Source: Patescibacteria group bacterium
GTDB lineage: Bacteria > Patescibacteriota > Microgenomatia > UBA1400 > Chisholmbacteraceae
Direction of reading: 5' to 3'
Assembly: GCA_022564195.1 (NCBI GenBank)
Contig: JADFLW010000004.1
Span: forward strand, 815-64,814
DNA length: 64,000 nucleotides
Part shown: one piece after another, positions 17,014 through 26,416 of the stretch
Numbering within the stretch: position 1 is the first letter of the stretch
Layout: each line of letters starts with the position of its first letter
Position numbers and translations under genes: made by a program
The notes under the pieces: model-generated
Database searches by the model: none
What the model was told of the DNA's origin: nothing
The model's input: the letters and a program-made list of their open reading frames with translations, nothing else

Positions 17014-18303
17014 CTATGATTGCAGAAACTGGTGAAGCTGATCAAGGGGGAGTGTTTCTTGCTTGCCCGTTGTCAGATCTTTAACCGTTGCTGTGCCGTT
17101 TTCTGCCTCATCTGGTCCCACGATCAAAACGCTAGGGATTCCCTTTTTGTCTGCATATTTGATTTGTTTTTGGAGTTTATCACTGGGATTGAGATAGAGT
17201 TCGGTCTTGATACCTTGGTCGCGAAGCTCACTCGCCAAGGTTGCGGAAGCGTCGGTCAGCTCTTGGTTGAAAATGGTCACGAGTACCCGGGCTGCGGTTT
17301 TTAGTTCATCAAATAGATTACGCCTGTCCATGGCCTCAATGAGTCGCTCCAGGCCGAATGAGAAACCGACTGCTGGGATTTTCTTTCCAGCAAAGACACC
17401 GATGAGGTTGTCGTATCGGCCACCACCGCCGACCGATCCTGCCTCGTAGCCTTCAATTATGGTCTCGATGATCATGCCGGTGTAATAGTCCAGGCCACGG
17501 GCTAGGGTCGGGGTGTAGAGCACGTGTTTCTTTGGAACCATGAAGTTTTTTAAGTTCGCGGTAATCGTATCAATCGGTTCAAAGGAAATCTCTTTCTTTT
17601 TCTTGCCAGGAAGTACCGGTCTTCTGCCGAGCCGAGTCATAAGGGTTTCAATTTTTGTTTTTGCTACGCCTAGCTTTTCAAGTTCGGTGATTACTTCTTC
17701 TTCGCCGATTTTTTCCAATTTATCCACTAGACGAATCGTTGGGAGCTCGAGGTCTTTCTTTATCCCGCTCTCTCTTATCATTGCAGAAAGCACTCGGCGG
17801 TCGTTGAAGAGGATGAGGTACTTTTTAAAGCCTAGGTCCCCAAGGACGGCGTTGACGACGGCGATAATCTCGGCATCTGCCAGGGGAGAAGAAGTCCCGA
17901 CGATGTCGACGTCGCACTGGGTGAATTCTCGGTAGCGACCGGCTTGCGGTTTTTCGGCGCGCCAGTTAGCTTGAATCTGGTAGCGCTTAAATGGTAAAGG
18001 GAGCTTTTGCCCATATCGGGCAATGACGCGTGCAAGGGGGACTGTTTGGTCGTAGCGCAGCGCTACTTTGCGTCCACCTCGATCTTCGAATTTGAAGATT
18101 AATCGCTCTTGGTCACCGTATTTCCCTTCTAGTACCGCGGCATACTCGAGGGCTGGGGTTTCTAAGGGGTCGAAGCCAAAGCGCTCAAATACCGCAATCA
18201 TTTTTTCGATGACGTATCGACGCTTTGCAGCCTCCTCTGGGAGGTAGTCCCGAAACCCTTTCGGTGGCTGCAGAAGCGTGGTTTTTTTGTTCATAGAATT
18301 CAT
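17014..18303 (-). CDS. hisS: Histidine--tRNA ligase
   Basis: The N-terminus KGFRDYLPEEAAKRRYV…FERFGFDPLETPALE carries class II aaRS motifs. An anticodon-binding C-terminus is present. Confidence 0.9.
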   Translation of the reverse strand: MNSMNKKTTLLQPPKGFRDYLPEEAAKRRYVIEKMIAVFERFGFDPLETPALEYAAVLEGKYGDQERLIFKFEDRGGRKVALRYDQTVPLARVIARYGQKLPLPFKRYQIQANWRAEKPQAGRYREFTQCDVDIVGTSSPLADAEIIAVVNAVLGDLGFKKYLILFNDRRVLSAMIRESGIKKDLELPTIRLVDKLEKIGEEEVITELEKLGVAKTKIETLMTRLGRRPVLPGKKKKEISFEPIDTITANLKNFMVPKKHVLYTPTLARGLDYYTGMIIETIIEGYEAGSVGGGGRYDNLIGVFAGKKIPAVGFSFGLERLIEAMDRRNLFDELKTAARVLVTIFNQELTDASATLASELRDQGIKTELYLNPSDKLQKQIKYADKKGIPSVLIVGPDEAENGTATVKDLTTGKQETLPLDQLHQFLQS

Positions 18304-18398
18304 GATAGCATCGGTGCTTATGGGCTACAAGCTAGATAACCTAGTCTCGTGCTTGTGCGTGGTGGTGGACCCATCGGTCTCAAGGAGTTGGGAAGGGC

Positions 18399-19163
18399 TC
18401 AAATGCCTTGGCCGGTAGTCTCAGGAGAGGGGGTTGTCGGGAGCAGATGGATGCGCAGCAGGGTGCTTGTTTCTCCATTATCTTCCTCATCAGTTTTCGT
18501 GATGATGATTGCACGGCGCGCTACTGCGAGAGCGTCGATGGAGGCTTCCTCGATTTCTGAATCTCTTCCCGCTGTCACTTGGGTGTCTTTGCTCACTTGG
18601 AGTGTCTGCGTTTCTCCAGTAGCGAGATCGAAGGTGAGGAAGTCATCTTCTGTGTTGAACTTAAGGGACGTTGCGAAGTGAGCTTGCCGTTTGGGTGTGT
18701 CTTTCGGTTTCTCGTCAATGATGACCCTCTGGGCATGTAACACCTGGTTTCCATTGAGGTATCCCATGATGATGGTGTAGGAGCCGATTTCAAGATCTTG
18801 GGCTTGGATTTTCGTTCTTTTGGGAAGGCGGATAAAAGTGGTTTCGGCGGAGGTGCTTGCGAGCTTCGGACCATCTCTGGTTTCGATCGTTAACGTGTGG
18901 TTGGCAATGGAGTCCAGCGTTCCAACCCAGGCACGTTTCAATCGTATTACGGTGTCCTTATCTTTTATGGCTTTTTCTAATCTTTCTTTTAGGCTTTCTT
19001 TGATCTCTTGCTCAGGAATGGCTGTCTTGGTTGCCTCTTGACTTAAGACAGTGGTTGTTGCGAGGAGCCCTCCAGAGACGAGAGCGATAGCGGTGAGGAC
19101 CAGTGAGATTCGCTTGACGAGCCCCTTGGATGGCCCAGGTGTGTGAAGGGAAGATTTGGTCAT
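18399..19163 (-). CDS. Hypothetical secreted/membrane-anchored protein
   Basis: An N-terminal TM or signal segment. No domain recognised. Confidence 0.4.
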   Translation of the reverse strand: MTKSSLHTPGPSKGLVKRISLVLTAIALVSGGLLATTTVLSQEATKTAIPEQEIKESLKERLEKAIKDKDTVIRLKRAWVGTLDSIANHTLTIETRDGPKLASTSAETTFIRLPKRTKIQAQDLEIGSYTIIMGYLNGNQVLHAQRVIIDEKPKDTPKRQAHFATSLKFNTEDDFLTFDLATGETQTLQVSKDTQVTAGRDSEIEEASIDALAVARRAIIITKTDEEDNGETSTLLRIHLLPTTPSPETTGQGI

Positions 19164-19603
19164 AACTCTGCAGTTGAGTATACCACCGTGATCAGTTGCT
19201 CGGCCCGATTTCCGTCATTGTCAAATGCGGTGATGGTGATTTCGTTTGCGCCACCGACAAGGGAAATTTCGGCGGTGAAGTTCCCCTCCCCATCTGCTGT
19301 AAGCAAGTATTCGTTCTCTTCGGCAATAATGGTGATCACCGCATTTGGCGTGGTTTTTCCCACAACGGTGATCTCTTCTTGGTCGGAGATGCTTTCGTTT
19401 GTCGGTTCCGTGATGGTTAAGGTGTGAGTGATTTGGGGGGACGGCTCTGCTTTCGGTTGGTCCTCTACCGAGATTTTCTGGAGTTGATATTGTTTGATTG
19501 CTGTTTGGGCGGTGTAGATTCCATATGCGACGATCGAACCGATGAGGATGCCGATGACAATGACGATGACCAACTCCTTGCGCATGGGTGAGGGGGTAGG
19601 CAA
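19160..19603 (-). CDS. Hypothetical membrane-anchored protein
   Basis: An N-terminal TM helix followed by a Thr/Glu-rich extracellular region. Confidence 0.4.
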   Translation of the reverse strand: MPTPSPMRKELVIVIVIGILIGSIVAYGIYTAQTAIKQYQLQKISVEDQPKAEPSPQITHTLTITEPTNESISDQEEITVVGKTTPNAVITIIAEENEYLLTADGEGNFTAEISLVGGANEITITAFDNDGNRAEQLITVVYSTAEL

Positions 19604-19693
19604 AAAAATTATATAGGGCTTTTAGGCGAAATTACTCTAGCAGAAGGTACCAGTATTGTCAAGAAAATCTGGCTGTGGTAGGATGCGGATAGC

Positions 19694-20350
19694 ATGGAGA
19701 TCGCGTACTTGGGGCATGCATCATTTAAATTCCGTGGTAAGACGGCGAGCGTGGTTTCTGACCCGTTCGATTCCTCCATTGGGTTTTCGTTGTCTAGAGT
19801 TTCTGGAGATATCGTGACGGTCTCACATGGACATCAGGATCATAAACATGTCGCTGGCGTTTCAGGAACCACTCGAAGAGCACAGCCGTTTGTGATTGAT
19901 GCACCCGGAGAGTATGAGGTTTCCGGCATCTCCGTTTTTGGTACACGTACCTTCCATGATGACGAGCAGGGAGCGAAGCGTGGAGAGAACGTTGTGTTTG
20001 TCATCCATGTTGATGATGTTGCGGTAGCCCACTTGGGGGACCTTGGACATGTGCTCGGTGATTCTCAGGTCGAAGACATCGGGGAAGTTGATGTTTTATG
20101 TGTGCCAGTTGGAGGGGTGATTACGATTGGTCCGAAGGAGGCGATTGCGGTGATTAACCAACTTCAGCCCGCGATTGTCCTCCCTATGCACTACCGAACT
20201 GAGCGTCATACCAAACGCCTGTTTGGTGATTTGGCAGCGGTCGATGTGTTCTTGAATGAGGGCGGTTATGATCAAGCGCGGCGGGTTGATAAACTGACGT
20301 TGACGAAGCAGACTCTTCCTGAAGAGACCGAAGTTGTGGTATTAAAGTAA
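19694..20350 (+). CDS. MBL-fold metallo-hydrolase
   Basis: VSHGHQDHKH is the HxHxDH metal-binding motif. Confidence 0.7.
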   Translation: MEIAYLGHASFKFRGKTASVVSDPFDSSIGFSLSRVSGDIVTVSHGHQDHKHVAGVSGTTRRAQPFVIDAPGEYEVSGISVFGTRTFHDDEQGAKRGENVVFVIHVDDVAVAHLGDLGHVLGDSQVEDIGEVDVLCVPVGGVITIGPKEAIAVINQLQPAIVLPMHYRTERHTKRLFGDLAAVDVFLNEGGYDQARRVDKLTLTKQTLPEETEVVVLK

Positions 20351-20362
20351 ATAGTATCTACT

Positions 20363-21679
20363 ATGGCTGATGGTCGCATTCCTCCCCATAGCGATGAAGC
20401 TGAGCGATCGGTGCTCGGAGCGCTTCTCATCGATCGTGAGGCTGTCACTAGTATCGTTGAATTTCTTCGGCCCGAGCACTTCTATACCGAGGCTCACAAC
20501 AGGATCTACCGGGCTGTGCTTGATCTTTATGAAGAGTCGAAGCCTGTGGATTTAGTCACCCTTTCGGAGAAGCTTAAGAAACATAAGAGTTTGACGAAGG
20601 TGGGCGGATCAGTATATTTGACCCAGCTTACTTCCGCTGTTCCCACTGCGGCTAACGTCGAACACTATGGGCGGATTGTCCAGAGTCTTGCTACCAAGCG
20701 GGAGCTTATCAGTGTTGCGAGCAAGCTTACGGAATACGCGTTTGATGAATCACGGGAAGCTGATGAGGCGATGGATCAGGCTGAGCAGCAGCTCTTTTCC
20801 CTTTCTCAAAAACACATGAAGCGTGCGTTTTTGCCAATTCGAGATGCACTTGCAGAGAGCTTTGATAGGATTGATGAGCTCCATAAAGCTGGAGAAGGAT
20901 TACGTGGTGTTCCGACCGGATTTGCGGATATGGATGATACGTTGGCAGGAATGCAGGATTCAAACCTTTTGATTCTTGCTGGGCGGCCTGGTATGGGGAA
21001 AACCGCTCTGTCGCTGAATATTGCTCAGCATGCTGCCGTTGTTGCTCAAATCCCCGTGGGCCTCTTTTCCTTGGAGATGAGCAAAGAAGAGGTGGTTGAT
21101 CGTCTGCTTGTTTCCCAGGCCGACATTGATGCATGGAGATTGAAGACAGGAAGACTCACTCCTCAAGATTTTGAGAAGCTGTCCAATGCGATGGGCATCC
21201 TTGCCGAAGCGCCGCTCTTTATTGATGATACTCCAGGGCTTTCGGTCTTGGAAATGCGAACCAAGGCCCGGCGGCTCTTGGCGGATGTGGGCTTGAAGCT
21301 GTTGGTTGTTGATTATTTGCAGCTTGCGGTGGGGAGGAATCTTGAGAACCGTGTCCAGGAGGTTACCGAGATCAGCCAGGGACTGAAGAATCTGTCTCGG
21401 GAGCTGAAGATTCCCATTTTGGCTTTGAGTCAGCTTTCTCGAGCTGTCGAGCATCGTGGCTCGAAGCAACCGCAATTGGCCGATCTTCGAGAATCTGGTG
21501 CTATTGAACAGGATGCGGATGTCGTGATGTTTTTGTATCGAGAGGATGAAGAGGATCTTGAAAATATGAAGCTTTGGATTGCCAAACATCGCAACGGTCG
21601 ACTGCGGGTGATTGATTTGCGCTTCCGGGGGGATAGGATCCGCTTCTTTGGGATGGAGAAGCGGAAAGCTTCGAAGTGA
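20363..21679 (+). CDS. dnaB: Replicative DNA helicase DnaB
   Basis: An N-terminal DnaB domain. ILAGRPGMGKTALSLNIA is the Walker A. The RecA-like C-terminus is present. Confidence 0.9.
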   Translation: MADGRIPPHSDEAERSVLGALLIDREAVTSIVEFLRPEHFYTEAHNRIYRAVLDLYEESKPVDLVTLSEKLKKHKSLTKVGGSVYLTQLTSAVPTAANVEHYGRIVQSLATKRELISVASKLTEYAFDESREADEAMDQAEQQLFSLSQKHMKRAFLPIRDALAESFDRIDELHKAGEGLRGVPTGFADMDDTLAGMQDSNLLILAGRPGMGKTALSLNIAQHAAVVAQIPVGLFSLEMSKEEVVDRLLVSQADIDAWRLKTGRLTPQDFEKLSNAMGILAEAPLFIDDTPGLSVLEMRTKARRLLADVGLKLLVVDYLQLAVGRNLENRVQEVTEISQGLKNLSRELKIPILALSQLSRAVEHRGSKQPQLADLRESGAIEQDADVVMFLYREDEEDLENMKLWIAKHRNGRLRVIDLRFRGDRIRFFGMEKRKASK

Positions 21680-21732
21680 TGTTTTCCTTGCTGTTTGTGC
21701 CGCGTCGAACGCGGCTTCAACCACGTTGGATG

Positions 21733-21820
21733 TGGTGCCAGAGGAGGGAGTCGAACCCTCACGTCCGTGAAGGACACGCGATTTTGAGTCGCGCTTGTCT
21801 GCCAATTCCAACACTCTGGC
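21733..21820 (-). tRNA. tRNA-Leu (anticodon CAA)
   Basis: The reverse complement reads GCCAGAGTGTTGGAATTGGCAGACAAGCGCGACTCAAAATCGCGTGTCCTTCACGGACGTGAGGGTTCGACTCCCTCCTCTGGCACCA. It has a 7-bp acceptor stem, the anticodon loop CUCAAAA, a long variable arm, a GGTTCGA T-loop and an encoded CCA. It closely resembles E. coli tRNA-Leu. Confidence 0.85.
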
Positions 21821-21895
21821 GCTACTGGTATTTTACCAGAAATTTTCCTAAGATTAATTTTCCATGATTCGCGTTACAAAACTTCGGGGATGGTC

Positions 21896-22375
21896 TTATC
21901 TTGTAATGAGGAGGAGGAGGAAGATGAGGATCAACTGGGTGAAGAGGCCGTCGGGGAAGGGGAGCTTGCGATGGACGTGATGCTGGAAGGCTTTGACCCA
22001 TGAGAATGGGGGAAATTTCCAACCGAACACTACGTATGGAGCTTCGAGCCAGTCTGGTAATTGGGCGACAACCATCGTCAGAAGAAGTTGGAGTGGAGGG
22101 ACGCTCCCTTGCGCCACTACGAATCCCAAGCCGAAGCCAGTGATAGCATCTAGGAGTGAGAAGGTGATGACGCGATCTCTTGAACGCTTGGAGTGTCTCG
22201 TCATCATATCCCAGTGCGGGATGGAGTCAAGGATTGGGTGAGAGAGGAGTGCTGCGGCGTAGCCTAAGCTCGGTGTTGGGGCGAGTTTTGCAATGACGGC
22301 ACCCGTTATTGCGTGTGTTGCAGCGAGCATAAGAGGAGTGTACGGGAAGTTGCTTATCGATGTCAAATCCTGCAC
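21896..22375 (-). CDS. Membrane protein, possibly YdjM/DUF457-like metal-dependent hydrolase
   Basis: Hydrophobic, with an N-terminal THAITGAV motif that is THxxxG-like. Weak call. Confidence 0.35.
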   Translation of the reverse strand: MQDLTSISNFPYTPLMLAATHAITGAVIAKLAPTPSLGYAAALLSHPILDSIPHWDMMTRHSKRSRDRVITFSLLDAITGFGLGFVVAQGSVPPLQLLLTMVVAQLPDWLEAPYVVFGWKFPPFSWVKAFQHHVHRKLPFPDGLFTQLILIFLLLLITR

Positions 22376-22410
22376 GTGTGATATAGTCTAGAGGAAGATC
22401 GGAGATTTCT

Positions 22411-23319
22411 ATGTTTCCTGTGTTATTTTCTTTGGGTCCCATAACCATCTACACCTTTGGTGTTTTCGCCCTGCTTGCTTTCTTCTTTGGTACTTTCATT
22501 ATCTGGAAGCGGGGGAGGGAGGCAAATTTTGCTGAGGGGGAGATCTTTGACAGCGTCGTTCTTGTCACGCTTTCTGGACTGGTTGGTGCCCGAATCACCT
22601 ATATTGTTTTGAATTTTGAGCGCTTCGGCTTTTCGCCACTTCTATGGATTTCCTTTCTTCGAGTTCCTGGATTGATGTTCTATGGAGGCTTGGTTGGAGG
22701 AGTTGTGGTTGGTTGGATCATTTGTCGGCGCAAACGATTGGAGTTCTTTACCGCAAGCGATATTGCAGTTACAGGCCTTTCGCTTAGTCAGGCTATCGGG
22801 TGGCTTGGCGCCTTCTTTTCTGGGTTTGGTATTGGGAAAGCAGTTGATCGGTTTGGCCTTGTTTTCCCAGGCTTCACGGAGCCACGTTTTCCAGCTCAGT
22901 TCGTCTGGGTGTTCGGGTTTGCTCTCATTTTCTTGTTTTTGTGGAAAGTGGAGGAACGATACAGAATGTTTGATTGGTACCGGGGTAAGCGGGTTACGGC
23001 AGAGACTGGTTTTCTTTTCTTTTCCTATCTTGCTTTGCTGGGAATTCTCCAGCTTTTGGTTGCTCTCTTTGTTGCGCCTAGTGTATACTTGTTTCGCGTT
23101 CCAGTTGAGGTTGTTGTTGCACTTTTCCTCTTTGGACTTGGAATGGGCGGGTTGTATGTAAGAAGCGGACGTGAGCTTTCTCAAGACGGCGCGGTGTTGG
23201 CTGCATTTTTGGGTGGTCGGGGTCGCAGCGGTATGGTCTGGTTGAAACAGGGTTCTCGGAGGCTGCGAAGACTTCTTGGGAAGAAAGGAAAAGTGGAGAG
23301 CGATAAACGAAAACTATGA
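22411..23319 (+). CDS. lgt: Prolipoprotein diacylglyceryl transferase homolog
   Basis: The N-terminal half aligns with Lgt: FSLGPITIYTFG…GLVGARITYIVLNF…MFYGGLVGGVVVGWI…SDIAVTGLS. The C-terminal half is diverged and lacks a clear HPSQLYE block. Confidence 0.6.
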   Translation: MFPVLFSLGPITIYTFGVFALLAFFFGTFIIWKRGREANFAEGEIFDSVVLVTLSGLVGARITYIVLNFERFGFSPLLWISFLRVPGLMFYGGLVGGVVVGWIICRRKRLEFFTASDIAVTGLSLSQAIGWLGAFFSGFGIGKAVDRFGLVFPGFTEPRFPAQFVWVFGFALIFLFLWKVEERYRMFDWYRGKRVTAETGFLFFSYLALLGILQLLVALFVAPSVYLFRVPVEVVVALFLFGLGMGGLYVRSGRELSQDGAVLAAFLGGRGRSGMVWLKQGSRRLRRLLGKKGKVESDKRKL

Positions 23320-23687
23320 AAAAGTTGATTCAATTTCCTGCGAGAATCTTGCGGCCGTTACGAAACTATCTTTTGGCTGCCCAAAAGCGGCTTGAGCGTC
23401 GAAGGCACAATATTGTTGCGGAAGATCCCTTTTCTGATAGTTCTCGGGTGAATGATAACGCCGCCTCTGACACGGACGCCGCAGAGATTTCTGGACACGA
23501 TCGAGCCGAGGCACTGCGGAATGAGGTTGACAGAGGGCTTATTACGGTTCGGAAGGCACTGACGAAGATCAAGCTGGGAAAGTATGGCCAGTGCGAAAGG
23601 TGCAAAAAGATGATTGATACCGATCGACTGGCCGTTAATCCTACCGCCGAGTTGTGCATGAGCTGTGAGAAGAAGGGGAAACGGTGA
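23316..23687 (+). CDS. DksA/TraR-family C4-type zinc-finger protein
   Basis: CERCKKMIDTDRLAVNPTAELCMSCEK is a C4 zinc finger with a coiled-coil N-terminus. It overlaps the lgt stop by 4 nt. Confidence 0.7.
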   Translation: MKKLIQFPARILRPLRNYLLAAQKRLERRRHNIVAEDPFSDSSRVNDNAASDTDAAEISGHDRAEALRNEVDRGLITVRKALTKIKLGKYGQCERCKKMIDTDRLAVNPTAELCMSCEKKGKR

Positions 23688-24127
23688 GAATAAGACACAC
23701 AGGACTGTTTCTTCTAGTCGCTTTTTTCACAGTCTTTTTTGACCAAACATCCAAATTGTGGGTAGTTCGGCAAGGGAGCCTGTCTACGATAAATACAGGA
23801 GTGGCTTTCGGGATCTTGGGTGGTTCCGTTTGGCTTTCCGCAGTTTTGCTAGGGTTTCTGGCCGCACTTATTTTGTATTGGGCGTACAGCGTTCGGAGAA
23901 ATCAACGGCCCCGCGATGCTCTAGTTTTTGGGTTGTTGATTGGTGGTGGTGTGGGGAACAGCATTGATCGGTTTTTGCGAGGAGGGGTTGTGGATTTTTT
24001 GTATCTGGGGATTGGTCCGCGTTTCAACCTTGCGGATCTTTTTATTGTCGTGGCAGTCTTACTGGTCGGGTGGGATGCTGTTCGTGATTTGGGCAGGAAA
24101 CGCACTGCCTCTGTTTTGGCTGAATAA
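23684..24127 (+). CDS. lspA: Lipoprotein signal peptidase II
   Basis: GGVGNSIDRFLRGGVVDF and FNLADLFI are conserved LspA blocks. Four TM helices. Confidence 0.8.
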   Translation: MRIRHTGLFLLVAFFTVFFDQTSKLWVVRQGSLSTINTGVAFGILGGSVWLSAVLLGFLAALILYWAYSVRRNQRPRDALVFGLLIGGGVGNSIDRFLRGGVVDFLYLGIGPRFNLADLFIVVAVLLVGWDAVRDLGRKRTASVLAE

Positions 24128-24132
24128 GCTGT

Positions 24133-24858
24133 ATGGAGCCACAAGTGCTGCATGAAGACGATTCTATTTTGGTTGTTGATAAGCCGGCTGGGATGGTGGT
24201 GAATCGGGCGACGACGGTGCGGGGTGCAACACTTCAAGACTGGGTGGAGGAGAATTTCCAATTTCCAATTTTCAGAGATTCACGTTTGCGGAACGGCATT
24301 GTTCACCGGTTGGACAAAGAAACGAGTGGGGTGGTGGTGATCGCAAAGACAGCGGAGTCTTTTGTTCGACTGCAGGAACAATTTGCCAGGCGTACGGTGA
24401 GCAAAGTCTACCTGGCACTCGTCCATGGTGAGGTTAAGCCACGCATGGGGAGTATTGCTTTGCCACTTGCACGAAGCCAGCGGAATCGAGAACGATTTGC
24501 CGTTTCAGCGATTGGAAAGAAGGCGAAGACGAGTTGGCGTGTTCTCGGCGTCTATAAAAATTTACGAAGATCTGGCGTTAATACTCGGGGATATCAAGGT
24601 TTTAGCTTTCTTGAGATTAAGCCCAAAACTGGAAGAACGCATCAGATCCGCGTGCATATGGCACACCTTAAGCACCCGATCGTTGGAGATGTTCGGTACA
24701 CCGGCAGAAAGCGGGGGAGAGAGGATCGGAAGTGGTGTTCGAGGCAGTTTTTGCACGCGGCTCGTTTGGCTTTTGGTCATCCTCAGAGTGGTAGGCGAGT
24801 GCGATACGAGGCGTCCCTGCCAGAAGATCTTTCTGCGGTGTTGGAGCTACTGGATTGA
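24133..24858 (+). CDS. RluA-family pseudouridine synthase
   Basis: HRLDKETSGVVVIAKT gives the catalytic Asp context. Confidence 0.85.
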   Translation: MEPQVLHEDDSILVVDKPAGMVVNRATTVRGATLQDWVEENFQFPIFRDSRLRNGIVHRLDKETSGVVVIAKTAESFVRLQEQFARRTVSKVYLALVHGEVKPRMGSIALPLARSQRNRERFAVSAIGKKAKTSWRVLGVYKNLRRSGVNTRGYQGFSFLEIKPKTGRTHQIRVHMAHLKHPIVGDVRYTGRKRGREDRKWCSRQFLHAARLAFGHPQSGRRVRYEASLPEDLSAVLELLD

Positions 24859-24980
24859 GACGAATATGATTTTTTCGTCACTGCGGTACTGAATTCGCTG
24901 AGGACACTGAAATTTCAGTGGATCAGTTCCTTGTTGCGCTTTTAATGTTACTGAATTTCTGTCCAGATAGTTGTATTACT

Positions 24981-26144
24981 ATGAAGTTTTCCTTTACCGT
25001 AACCAGGAAAGATAGTCGAACGCGGGCGCGGGCTGGGGTGCTTCGTACCCCTCATGGAAAGGTTCAGACGCCTGTTTTTATGCCGGTGGGGACGATGGGG
25101 GCTGTCAAGGCGCTGTCACCTGACGATTTGAAAGCGGCTGGTGCACAGATCATTTTGGGTAATGCCTATTATCTGTATCTGCGGCCTGGAGATGTGGCGA
25201 TCCAGAAGTTAGGAGGATTGCACAGGTTCATGGGTTGGGATGGACCGTTGTTAACCGATTCTGGTGGCTATCAGGTCTCTTCGCTCGGCAGCTTCAGAGA
25301 GGATGGGGAGTCAATTCTCTCTCGTATTGACGACGATGGTGTGACGTTTCGTTCACATTTGGATGGTAGTGAGCATCGACTTACACCGGAAGACGTCATT
25401 GTGATCCAGCGCAATCTTGGCGCCGATATCATCATGGCATTTGATGAGGCGACACCGCCTCGTGGAAAACGCTATGCTCAGAAAGCGATGGAGCGCACGC
25501 ACAGATGGCTTAAGCGAAGTATTGAGCGTTGGCGGGAGCTTCAAGAAAATCGTGGCAGGGGAGCATCGCCACAGGCCTTGTTTGGTATCATTCAGGGCGG
25601 TAATTACAAGGATTTGCGTCGGGAGTCGGCGGAGTTTGTGGTTCCACAAGATTTGCCCGGAATAGCAATTGGAGGAGCTTCAATTGGGAAAAGTCCAGAT
25701 GAAACCCGAGAGAATGTGGACTGGGTATATGATTTGCTTGTGCACGATAGACCACTGTACCTTATGGGTGTGGGGGTTAATCCGCAGGATGTCGTTGCTG
25801 CGATTGAGAGCGGGGCGGATCTGTTTGACTGTGTGGCGCCGACACGCCTCGCTCGAATGGGACATCTGTACTTTGGAAAATTACAGTTGGCAAAGAGGAA
25901 ATGGGCTTTCGAGTCGGAGTTTCGAAAGGGAAGGATGAATATCGGAAATGCCCGATTTCGACTTGACAAGAAACCGATTCAGGAAGATTGTGGCTGTTAT
26001 ACCTGCATTCGTGGGTTTTCGAGAGCGTATCTGCATCACCTTTTTAAGTCGCGCGAGCTTCTGTATTATCGCCTGGCCAGCATCCACAACGTTCGGTTTA
26101 TGATTCGGCTGACTGAGGTTTTACGGAAAGTCATTTTGGAATGA
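24981..26144 (+). CDS. tgt: Queuine tRNA-ribosyltransferase
   Basis: FMPVGTMGAVK and LTDSGGYQV are present. A C-terminal zinc site lies in DCGCYTCIRGFSRAYLHHL. Confidence 0.9.
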   Translation: MKFSFTVTRKDSRTRARAGVLRTPHGKVQTPVFMPVGTMGAVKALSPDDLKAAGAQIILGNAYYLYLRPGDVAIQKLGGLHRFMGWDGPLLTDSGGYQVSSLGSFREDGESILSRIDDDGVTFRSHLDGSEHRLTPEDVIVIQRNLGADIIMAFDEATPPRGKRYAQKAMERTHRWLKRSIERWRELQENRGRGASPQALFGIIQGGNYKDLRRESAEFVVPQDLPGIAIGGASIGKSPDETRENVDWVYDLLVHDRPLYLMGVGVNPQDVVAAIESGADLFDCVAPTRLARMGHLYFGKLQLAKRKWAFESEFRKGRMNIGNARFRLDKKPIQEDCGCYTCIRGFSRAYLHHLFKSRELLYYRLASIHNVRFMIRLTEVLRKVILE

Positions 26145-26416
26145 CGCAGGGAGGAGGATAGCTTCATTGCGAAGCATACCCCAGGCCTCGCGCCAGCCGG
26201 CAAAGCCTTTGGCGACGCACAGCCGCGCTTGGGGAACCGCTGAGCAATGGGGGTTTCAAGGGGGACTCCCCCTGGCACCGACGTCAGGTCGGATGGGGTG
26301 TCACGGAGCAGGCGACCGTCAAGGGGTGGAACCCCTTGGAAACGAACGAGCAGTGCGAGAGAGTTTATTGGAATACGGGCTTTTGCTCAGCGGCGTCTTT
26401 CTGCTACCATAGACTC

